This document shows positions 7,856 through 15,076 of a stretch of DNA of 30,045 nucleotides, one piece after another (within the stretch, counting starts at the first letter, position 1; the number at the start of each line of letters is the position of its first letter). The position numbers and the translations under genes are program-made. The notes beneath the pieces are model-generated. The model had not been told where the DNA came from and made no database searches. It saw only the letters and a program-made list of their open reading frames with translations. The DNA is from Candidatus Eiseniibacteriota bacterium (lineage in GTDB: Bacteria > ARS69). The stretch lies in assembly GCA_052390515.1 (NCBI GenBank), contig JBQTGV010000064.1, forward strand, positions 1-30,045, written 5' to 3'.

Positions 7856-8638
7856 CTACTCTCCGTGGAACCTCGGGTCTCGCTTCTCCCGGAACGCGCG
7901 CACCCCTTCGCGGTGATCCGACGTCTTCAGCGCGACGCTCTGCGCCAGCGCCTCCAGTGCGTGGCCGGCGTGCACGTCGACGTCTGCCGCGGCGTTGAGC
8001 AGCCGTTTGGTCAGCCCGAGCGCGAGCGGTGCGCGTTCCACCAGCATCCGGGCCCGCGCATACGTCTCGTCCATGAGCCGGTCCGCGGGGACGACGGCGT
8101 GGACGAGCCCGGCGGCGAACGCCTCCTCGGCCGAGGCCAGATCACCGGCGAAGTAGAGCTGCTTGGCGCGAGAGAGGCCGATCAGCTTCACCAGACGGGT
8201 CGCGCCGCCGTGTCCCGGCACGAGCCCCAGGCGATGCTCGCGGTAGCCGAGCCGCGCTCCCTCGGCGGCGAAGCGCAGGTCGCAGGCCAGGGCGAGCTGC
8301 AGCCCGGCTCCGGTGGCGGACCCGTGGATCGCGGCGATGACCGGCTTCTCCAGCATCTCCAGCTCGTCGAAGAACGCGGAGAGCCGGCGGCTCTTCGCCC
8401 GGAACGCGGCCGTATTCCACTCCCGATCGAAGTGCTCGACCGAGCCGCCCGAGCAGAACGCGCGGCCGGCTCCGGCGAAGACAACGACGCGGATGGCGGC
8501 GTCGTCCGCGAGACGGAGCCCGAGCTCGCCGAAATCCTCGCGCATGTCGTCGTCGATCGCGTTGAGCTGCTCGGGGCGATTCAGCGTGATCGTGGCGATC
8601 GAGTCGCGGACTTCGAAGAGGATCCGGCGGAAGCTCAT
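7856..8638 (-). CDS. Enoyl-CoA hydratase/isomerase (crotonase) with a single catalytic Glu
   Basis: Start ATG 8638 (ATGA overlap). TLNRPEQLNA, AFCSGG, ATGAGLQLALACD, REHRLGLVPGHGG, DHREGVRAFREKRDPRF. Confidence 0.92.
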   Translation of the reverse strand: MSFRRILFEVRDSIATITLNRPEQLNAIDDDMREDFGELGLRLADDAAIRVVVFAGAGRAFCSGGSVEHFDREWNTAAFRAKSRRLSAFFDELEMLEKPVIAAIHGSATGAGLQLALACDLRFAAEGARLGYREHRLGLVPGHGGATRLVKLIGLSRAKQLYFAGDLASAEEAFAAGLVHAVVPADRLMDETYARARMLVERAPLALGLTKRLLNAAADVDVHAGHALEALAQSVALKTSDHREGVRAFREKRDPRFHGE

Positions 8639-8844
8639 CCGCGCTCCGGGTTCTCGACCTCGGAGGGGCTCCGCCAGCGGATGCGGTGGAACGGGCTGCC
8701 GCACGTGCGGCAGATGTACGGCTCGGTCATGTGGAAGGCGCCGAACGCGCCGAAGCGCTCCGTGTCCAGGGAGCCGCAGTAGGGGCATGGGCCGCGCGCC
8801 CCTCGCTCGGCGATCCACCGTCGGTGCAGGGCCTCGCGATTCAC
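8635..8844 (-). CDS. Stand-alone Zn-ribbon protein resembling the PaaD C-terminal domain
   Basis: GTG start overlaps the PaaC-like stop (GTGA) and its stop overlaps the next ATG; 69 aa with CPYCGS…FG…CRTCGSPF, like the PaaD CPxCGS…FGSTACK…CxxCxEPF tail. Confidence 0.75.
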   Translation of the reverse strand: MNREALHRRWIAERGARGPCPYCGSLDTERFGAFGAFHMTEPYICRTCGSPFHRIRWRSPSEVENPERG

Positions 8845-9623
8845 TTCGAGCCGAGCCTCCGTGCCGCCGCATCCCATTGGCTCCATGGGACGAGCGGGGT
8901 TCCGAGGTCGGCGAGCCCCGCTCCGTCGAGCGTCCGGCGCACCTCGTGCAGGAAGCGCCGCCGCAGCGCGGCCGAGTCCTCGGCGGTGACCCCTTCGGCG
9001 CGCGCGGTGCGGAAGACCGGGTCGTCGTCCGGGCCGAACCACGCGACGGTCTCCGGCCAGATCCGCTTCAGGGCCGACTGCAGCTCGCCGCGGGAAGCGG
9101 GGTCCTGGGCGAGGACTTCGAGCCAGCCCTGCGCGTAGAGCCGGTGGTAGTGCTCCTCCTGCAGGACCTTCGCCGCGCGGTGGCGGAAGGGCTGGTACGC
9201 CGACGAGCGCAGCGACTCCACCACCGTACCGAGCGCCCGGCCGAAGAGCGCGCACGCCGCGATCAGGTCCGCCCAACGCGCGAAAGGCTCGTCCAGGAAG
9301 GAGACGTTGCGGAGGTCGGAGCGATCCTCCTCGCGGCGGAGCTCCGGGGGCGCGCCCGGGAACTGCCGGAGCAGCGGGTAGAGGCTGCGCGCGTGCCCGA
9401 GCTCGTCGGAGGTCATCGACGCCGCGGCGACGGACGCTTCGAGCGTCGGTCCAGCCGTCGACCACTCCGCGTAGCGCCGCCCGAGCTTGTACTTGTTGTC
9501 GCCGAGCGTGACGAGCAAGGCGAGGATGGCGTCGCGGCCCGCGGGGGTGAAAGCTTCCACCTGCGCGGACTCCGCCGTGGCGACGTCCTTGAGGTCCGCC
9601 TCGCGGTCCTTCATGAAGCTCAC
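8841..9623 (-). CDS. PaaC-like (PaaA_PaaC ferritin-like) structural subunit of an aryl-CoA epoxidase
   Basis: LGDNKYKLGRRYAEW…PTLEASVA…DELGHARSLY, LRSSAY, KVLQEEHYH…W; GTGA overlap with the upstream gene. Confidence 0.85.
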   Translation of the reverse strand: MSFMKDREADLKDVATAESAQVEAFTPAGRDAILALLVTLGDNKYKLGRRYAEWSTAGPTLEASVAAASMTSDELGHARSLYPLLRQFPGAPPELRREEDRSDLRNVSFLDEPFARWADLIAACALFGRALGTVVESLRSSAYQPFRHRAAKVLQEEHYHRLYAQGWLEVLAQDPASRGELQSALKRIWPETVAWFGPDDDPVFRTARAEGVTAEDSAALRRRFLHEVRRTLDGAGLADLGTPLVPWSQWDAAARRLGSK

Positions 9624-9811
9624 GCGCGGTTCTCCTCGATGGCCCAGCCGATCGCGCTGGCCGGGATGGCCACCAGCTCGAGCCAGTCCCCGCCGTGCTG
9701 CCGTTCCACTTCCGCTTCCACGCGCGCTCCCGCGGCGATGGTGACGACGCCGATGCGGGTGAGCGCGGCGTCTTCCCGCCGGCGCCCGAACACCTCGTAC
9801 TTCTCGTCCAT
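9620..9811 (-). CDS. PaaB-like small subunit (copy 2, divergent)
   Basis: 63 aa; YEVFGR…LTRIGVV…WLELVAIPASAI follows the PaaB WEVF.R…H.G.L.A…WVV…I pattern; tightly packed in the operon. Confidence 0.65.
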   Translation of the reverse strand: MDEKYEVFGRRREDAALTRIGVVTIAAGARVEAEVERQHGGDWLELVAIPASAIGWAIEENRA

Positions 9812-9816
9812 GAAGA

Positions 9817-10038
9817 TCAGCTCCGATCGATGACGGTGACGATATCCGAACGTCGCGCGACGATCATCTCGACCCAGGGGCTCTCCTGGTACATCTGGAA
9901 CGCGTAGGCGCGCGCCAGGCTCGGGCTCGGCGCGATCACGTCGCCGATCTGGTGCAGCTCCGTCTCATCGCGGGTGCGGGCGAACACGTCCCACACCTCG
10001 CCGCTGGGCTTCGCCTCGTTGTCCTTGCGAATCGACAT
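9817..10038 (-). CDS. PaaB-like small subunit (copy 1)
   Basis: Start ATG 10038 (or GTG 10041) overlapping the DUF59 stop; WDVFAR…LHQIGDVIAP…ARAYA…Y…WVEMIVARRSDI. Confidence 0.75.
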   Translation of the reverse strand: MSIRKDNEAKPSGEVWDVFARTRDETELHQIGDVIAPSPSLARAYAFQMYQESPWVEMIVARRSDIVTVIDRS

Positions 10039-10364
10039 CACACGATCCCCCAGGTGCTGAGCGCGGCGACACCGCGTTCGGTGAGGCGGCTCCTGTCCCA
10101 CGGCGGGTCCCACACGACTTCCACGTGCACCGCCTGCACGCCGGGCTCGCGCAGCAGGCGCTGCCTCACGTCGTCGATCAGGAACTCCATGGCCGGGCAG
10201 CCCATCGCCGTGAAGGTCATGCGGACCTCCACGCGGCCGCCGGGTCCGCTTTCCAGACCGTAGATCAGCCCCAGGTCGACGACGTCCAGCGGGAGCTCCG
10301 CGTCGGGCACGTCGTGCAGACAGGCGAGGAGCCGTTCGTCGCCGGCGGAGGGCGCCTCCGGCAT
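10038..10364 (-). CDS. DUF59/SufT (PaaD N-terminal-like) metal-cofactor assembly protein
   Basis: Start ATG 10364 (TGATG overlap). LHDVPDAELPLDVVDLGLIY, MTFTAMGCP, VVWDPPW; ends without a Zn ribbon (108 aa). Confidence 0.9.
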   Translation of the reverse strand: MPEAPSAGDERLLACLHDVPDAELPLDVVDLGLIYGLESGPGGRVEVRMTFTAMGCPAMEFLIDDVRQRLLREPGVQAVHVEVVWDPPWDRSRLTERGVAALSTWGIV

Positions 10365-11332
10365 CAGTGGATCTCCCGGGAGAGCATGTCCGCCACCTGG
10401 CGGTGTCCACGCTGCAGGAGCTCGACGAACTCGTCGTTCTTCGGACCGCGCGCGCGCCAGCGCTTCATGACCGAGGGGCTGCTCGAGCCGTCGTCCAGCC
10501 ACTCGATGGGGCCCTCGTCGAAGAGCCAGCGCTTCTCGCCGGCGTCGAACTCGCTGGGGAACGGATAGTCGATGACGTGCTCGCCCTTCGCCTCGTCCCA
10601 GTGCACCGGGACGTCGATCCCCAACGAGCGCAGGAACGGGATGGCCGTGGACATCCAGGTCTGGCGCAGCTGGTCGTTGCTCTGACCCTTGAAGCCGTAC
10701 TCGAGCTGCACCTTCTGGGTCTTCAGCGAATCGGGAAGCCCGAACCACTCCAGCGTGAGCGGCAGCATCCAGTCCACCGCCCGCTGCAGCCTCTCGTGCC
10801 CGTCGGCCGACTGGTTGATCTTCTTCATCCAGGTTTCGCCGTGGCGCAAGTGGAAGTTCTCCTCCTTGTCCACCTTCACGAGCGCCCGCTTCCACGGCGC
10901 GAACGTGGTGTTGTGGAACACGTCGGCCAGGAGCACGAACCCGGCGCGGTCGTACAGCGCGTTCGCCACGGCCAGCTCGACCCACGTGTCCAGGGGGACG
11001 TCGAACGCGTACGGGTACTTGAAGCTGTTCGCGTCCCGCTCGTAGATCAGTTGCTCCTTGTCGACACCCAGGTCCTCCATCAGCCGGTAGGCGATGTGCG
11101 CGTGTCCCAGCTCGTCCTGGATGATGCCCATCGCGGAGATGAAGGCATTGATGGTCGGCGCGTCCTTCGCGGCGTGGAGGTACGCCGGTGCGGAGACCAG
11201 CTCCGTGTCCGCGGACACGGTGAGGATGCGCAGCATGCCCTGCAGGTACTTCTCCGACATCTGGTCCCGCGACTCGATCAGCCGTCCCGAGGAGAGGCGG
11301 CTGACGACGTCCTGCTCGCTGACGAGAGACAT
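10364..11332 (-). CDS. Divergent PaaA-like diiron catalytic subunit of an aryl-CoA epoxidase/monooxygenase
   Basis: Full carboxylate-diiron ligand set ADTE / QDELGH / LYDRAG / KEENFH; AVDW…EWFG, SNDQLRQTW; AGGAG SD. Confidence 0.88.
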   Translation of the reverse strand: MSLVSEQDVVSRLSSGRLIESRDQMSEKYLQGMLRILTVSADTELVSAPAYLHAAKDAPTINAFISAMGIIQDELGHAHIAYRLMEDLGVDKEQLIYERDANSFKYPYAFDVPLDTWVELAVANALYDRAGFVLLADVFHNTTFAPWKRALVKVDKEENFHLRHGETWMKKINQSADGHERLQRAVDWMLPLTLEWFGLPDSLKTQKVQLEYGFKGQSNDQLRQTWMSTAIPFLRSLGIDVPVHWDEAKGEHVIDYPFPSEFDAGEKRWLFDEGPIEWLDDGSSSPSVMKRWRARGPKNDEFVELLQRGHRQVADMLSREIH

Positions 11333-11343
11333 TCGCTCCTCCG

Positions 11344-12126
11344 CTACCGCCCGGTGTAGACCGGCTGCCGCTTCTCGGCGAAAGCCGTGAAGCCCTCCTT
11401 GGAGTCGTCGCTGTCGAAGAGCGGCTCGATGAGCTCACGCTCCAGCTTCAGCGCGTCGGAAAGCGGCAGCTCGAGCCCTTCGTACACCGCCTGCTTGATC
11501 TTGGCGACGGCCAGCGTCGCGCCGGAGGCCAGCCGCCGCGCGTACTTCATGGTCTCCTCCTGGAACGAGCTCTCCGGGAAGAGCCGGTCGACGATCCCCA
11601 GCTCGTGCGCGCGGCGCGGACCCACGGGCTCGCCGGTGATCATGAGGTCGAGCGCCCTGGCGCGTCCGATCAGGCGGGGAAGACGCTGCGTGCCGCCGTT
11701 GCCGGGCAGCAGCCCCAGCGTCACTTCGGGCAGGCCGATGCGGAAGTCTCCGTCCGACGCGAAGCGCAGGTCGCAGGCCAGCGCCATCTCCAGCCCGCCG
11801 CCGAGCGCGTGACCGCTCACCGCCGCGATGAACACTTTGGGCGAATGCCCCATCTTGCGCAGCGTCTGATGAGCGAAGCGGATCATCTTCATGTTCGCCT
11901 TCGTCGAGTTGCCCTGGAACGCCTTGATGTCCGCTCCGGCGGAGAAGAACTTGTCGAGACCGCTGCGCAGCACGACCACCTTGATCGCGTCGTTGCCGTT
12001 CATCGACTCGATGGCCTGATCGAGCTCCTCCATGAACGCGAGGTCGTAGCTGTTCGCCTTCGGATGATTCAGCGTGATCGTTCCGACCGCGCCATCCTCG
12101 GCGGCGATCACTCTCGGTTCGGACAT
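11344..12126 (-). CDS. Enoyl-CoA hydratase/crotonase with both catalytic Glu; BoxC-like N-terminal signature
   Basis: Start revised to ATG 12126 (GGAG SD). KANSYDL, FFSAGADI, ALGGGLEMALACD, GLPEVTLGLLPGNGGTQRLPR, EGFTAFAEKR. Confidence 0.92.
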   Translation of the reverse strand: MSEPRVIAAEDGAVGTITLNHPKANSYDLAFMEELDQAIESMNGNDAIKVVVLRSGLDKFFSAGADIKAFQGNSTKANMKMIRFAHQTLRKMGHSPKVFIAAVSGHALGGGLEMALACDLRFASDGDFRIGLPEVTLGLLPGNGGTQRLPRLIGRARALDLMITGEPVGPRRAHELGIVDRLFPESSFQEETMKYARRLASGATLAVAKIKQAVYEGLELPLSDALKLERELIEPLFDSDDSKEGFTAFAEKRQPVYTGR

Positions 12127-12187
12127 GAACGGGACTCCCAAGGATGGCGGCGCAGCGGCCCCGGGCCGCGCGCCGCGTGGATGTCGG

Positions 12188-13672
12188 TCAGGCGAGGCCG
12201 CCGATGACGGCGCCCTTGCGCTCCTGGTAGTACTCCATCGCCTCGGGACCGTGCTCGTGGCCGATCCCCGACGCCTTCACCCCGCCGAAGGGCAGCTCGT
12301 CGTACCCGTAGTGGATCTGGTTCACCCAGGTGACGCCGGACTGGATTTCGCGGATGGCTTGGTTCGTCCAGGTGAGGTTCTGCGTCCAGATGGACGAGCC
12401 CAGCCCGTACTGGTTGTCGTTGGCCAGAGCGACGGCCTCGTCCAGATCCTTGACCTTGAACACGGGCAGCACCGGACCGAAGACCTCCTCCTGCACGAGA
12501 CGCGAATCGTGCGGTACGGCCGCGACGACCGCGGGCTGGAAGAAGTGCCCGTTCCCGAGCGAGGCATCCGACGGACGCTTGCCGCCGATGAGCACCTTCG
12601 CGCCGCGCTTCACCGCGTCGGCGAGCTGCGACTCGATCTCGTCGCGCTGCGCCGCGGTGTGCAGCGGTCCCATGCGGATCTTGGGCTTCTCCGGCCGCGT
12701 GGCCGGATCCCCCGGCTCGTAGGCCGCCACCTTCTCCAGGAGCCCCTTGAGGAACTCGTCGTGGATGGCCTCGTGCAGGTAGAGACGCTTCACCGCGAGG
12801 CAGGCCTGACCGCAGTTCCAGAACCGTCCGATGAGCGCACCCGAGACGGCCTTCTTGATGTCCGCGTCGGGCATCACGATCATCGGATCCGAGCCGCCGA
12901 GCTCCAGCGTGATGCGCTTGAACTGCGGTCCAGCGATCTCCATGACGCGACGTCCGGTCGCCGACTCGCCGGTGAAGGCGATGCGCCGCACGACCGGGTT
13001 CTCGAGCAGCTCTTCGCCGACCTCGCGGCCGGGCCCGGTGATGCAGTTCAGCACGCCCGGTGGCAGCCCGGCCTCGTTGAACAGCCCGATGATCCGCAGC
13101 GTGGTGAGCGGAGTGGAGCTCGCCGGCTTCACCACCACGGTGTTCCCGGCCGCCAGCGCCGGCCCGATCTTCGTGCCCATCAGCGTGATGGGGAAGTTCC
13201 ACGGGACGATCGCGCCGCACACCCCCACCGGCCGCTTGAGCACCAGCCCGTAGCTGTGCTTGCCCATGTCCGGCGGAAGGGGGACCATCGAGCCGCGGAT
13301 CTTGGAGGCGAGGCCGGCGTAGAACGTCATGCCGTGCAGGAAGTGATGGATCTCGCCCGCGGCCTCGAAGACCGGCTTGCCCTGCTCCCGGGACAGCAGC
13401 GCGGAGAGCTCCTTCTGCTGCTCACGGACCTTCTGGATGCCCTGCATCATCAGGGCGGCGCGCTCGTCCGGCGACGTGTCCGCCCACGCGGGAAACGCGT
13501 TCTCCGCGGCCTGGACGGCGGCACGTGCGTCGGCCCGGCTCCCCCGGGGCACGGAATCCACCACCGACCCGTCGAACGGGTTGAGGACGTCCTGGGTATC
13601 GCCGCTCCGGGCGGCGGTCCACTCGCCGTTCACGAACATCCCGGACACGCTGGGGCTGGCCACCTCGGTCAT
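12188..13672 (-). CDS. NAD(P)+-dependent aldehyde dehydrogenase (paralog 1, first gene of the operon)
   Basis: Start revised to ATG 13672 (GAGAGGGAG SD). PWNFP, FTGESATG, LELGG, WNCGQAC, EEVFGP, PFGGVKASG. Confidence 0.95.
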   Translation of the reverse strand: MTEVASPSVSGMFVNGEWTAARSGDTQDVLNPFDGSVVDSVPRGSRADARAAVQAAENAFPAWADTSPDERAALMMQGIQKVREQQKELSALLSREQGKPVFEAAGEIHHFLHGMTFYAGLASKIRGSMVPLPPDMGKHSYGLVLKRPVGVCGAIVPWNFPITLMGTKIGPALAAGNTVVVKPASSTPLTTLRIIGLFNEAGLPPGVLNCITGPGREVGEELLENPVVRRIAFTGESATGRRVMEIAGPQFKRITLELGGSDPMIVMPDADIKKAVSGALIGRFWNCGQACLAVKRLYLHEAIHDEFLKGLLEKVAAYEPGDPATRPEKPKIRMGPLHTAAQRDEIESQLADAVKRGAKVLIGGKRPSDASLGNGHFFQPAVVAAVPHDSRLVQEEVFGPVLPVFKVKDLDEAVALANDNQYGLGSSIWTQNLTWTNQAIREIQSGVTWVNQIHYGYDELPFGGVKASGIGHEHGPEAMEYYQERKGAVIGGLA

Positions 13673-13818
13673 TCGAAATCTCCCTCTCGAAGCTCGTGGC
13701 TCCACCCGCGGGCGCGCGACCGCGCGCCGCGCCCGGAGGAGCCTCGAGAAAGCCTTTCCGGATGCGGATGTGCGCGCTTCGGACCGGCGGCTGGAGGGCG
13801 CGCAACCAAAGACGGATC

Positions 13819-13848
13819 AATGTATTCGAGGCCCCGGAGGGCAGTCAA
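13819..13848 (-). promoter_or_regulatory. Sigma70 promoter of the aromatic catabolic operon
   Basis: TTGACT (13848-13843), 18 nt, TACATT (13824-13819), in an AT-richer patch upstream of the first ALDH. Confidence 0.65.
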
Positions 13849-13861
13849 GGGCGGACGGGCG

Positions 13862-14149
13862 CTACCGCGGAGGGACGTCCGGGGGGGCAGGCGCCAGGGC
13901 CCGATGGGACCCGTCGCAGAACGGCCTCTTGCCGCTCCGCCCGCACTGGCAGATGGCGTAACGCCGCGCTTCCGTGATTTCCACGACGTACGGTGTCTTC
14001 CCGGTCTGCTTGCGCTCGTGGCTCCCGTCGCAGAACGGCGGGGTGGCGGTCTCGCCGCAGGCGCAGAATTCCCTTCGCCCGGGTTCGAGGTCGCCCTTCC
14101 AGGGTCCTGAAGCGTACGGCACGTCGCCTCCCGGCCGCGAGTTTCGCAC
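13862..14149 (-). CDS. Tandem CDGSH [2Fe-2S] protein (CISD3/MiNT-like)
   Basis: Two C-x-C-x8-C-D-G-S-H motifs: CACGETATPPFCDGSH and CQCGRSGKRPFCDGSH. Start could instead be GTG 14122 (GGGAGG upstream). Confidence 0.9.
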   Translation of the reverse strand: MRNSRPGGDVPYASGPWKGDLEPGRREFCACGETATPPFCDGSHERKQTGKTPYVVEITEARRYAICQCGRSGKRPFCDGSHRALAPAPPDVPPR

Positions 14150-14202
14150 GCCCCCTCGGATAGCGCGAGCCCGGCACGGCGGATCCCGGTATCATCGCGC
14201 AC

Positions 14203-15063
14203 ATGAGCGGCGAAGTTCAGCGCGTGGCGGTTCTCGGCGCGGGCACCATGGGGCACGGCATCGCCCAGGTGGCCGCCCAGTCCGGCTTCGACGTGACCCT
14301 GTTCGACGTGGACCGCACGGTCCTCGAGCTCGGGCTCGAGCGGATCCGGGGGAACCTGGCGAAGGGCGTCGAGAAGGGCAAGGTCTCCGCCGCGGACCGG
14401 GACGAGGCGCTCGCGCGGATCCGCGGCGCGCTCGACCTGGGTGACGCGGCCGCCGCCGCCGACCTGGTGATCGAGGCCACGCCGGAGCGGATGGACCTCA
14501 AGGCGAAGCTCTTCGCCGAGCTCTCGCGGGTGACGGCTCCCGATGCCGTGCTCGCCACCAACACGTCGTCCCTCCCGGTGAGCGACATCGCCGCCGCCGC
14601 GACGGAGCCGGCGCGCGTGCTCGGCATGCACTTCTTCAATCCGCCCTACGTGCTCACGCTGCTCGAGATCGTGCGCGCGCGGCAGACGTCCGAAGCGACG
14701 CTCGACACGGCGAAGCGCGTCGCCGAGCGGATGGGGCGCGACGTGATCGTCGTGAAGGACTCGCCGGGGTTCGCCACGAGCCGGCTCGGCGTCGCGCTGG
14801 GCCTCGAAGCGATGCGCATGCTGGAGGACGGGGTTGCGTCGGCCGAGGACATCGACCGGGCGATGAAGCTGGGCTACCGGCATCCGATGGGACCGCTCGA
14901 GCTCACCGACCACGTGGGTCTGGACGTTCGCCTGGCGATCGCGGAGCACCTGCACCGTGAGGTGGGAGAGCAGTTCCGTCCGCCGGAGATCCTCCGCCGC
15001 CTGGTCTGCGAGGGGAAGCTCGGCAAGAAGACCGGCGTCGGATTCCACCGCTGGGACCGCTGA
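14203..15063 (+). CDS. 3-hydroxyacyl-CoA dehydrogenase (Hbd/PaaH-like, single module)
   Basis: GAGTMGHGIAQ, IEATPE, LATNTSSL, GMHFFNP, DSPGF, PMGPLELTDHVGLDV, GKLGKKTG. TATCAT -10 lies 7 nt upstream. Confidence 0.95.
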   Translation: MSGEVQRVAVLGAGTMGHGIAQVAAQSGFDVTLFDVDRTVLELGLERIRGNLAKGVEKGKVSAADRDEALARIRGALDLGDAAAAADLVIEATPERMDLKAKLFAELSRVTAPDAVLATNTSSLPVSDIAAAATEPARVLGMHFFNPPYVLTLLEIVRARQTSEATLDTAKRVAERMGRDVIVVKDSPGFATSRLGVALGLEAMRMLEDGVASAEDIDRAMKLGYRHPMGPLELTDHVGLDVRLAIAEHLHREVGEQFRPPEILRRLVCEGKLGKKTGVGFHRWDR

Positions 15064-15076
15064 CGTCGGCCCGACG

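Noticed and set aside
8841-11332. Calling the cluster canonical paaABCD
   Set aside because: Divergent A-subunit motifs, altered gene order, duplicated B, split D and no paaE, paaZ or paaK in the window; gene symbols withheld.
10038-11438. Apparent 466-aa DUF59 fusion or frameshifted PaaA-PaaD
   Set aside because: A clean TGATG stop/start junction at 10362-10366 explains two separate genes.
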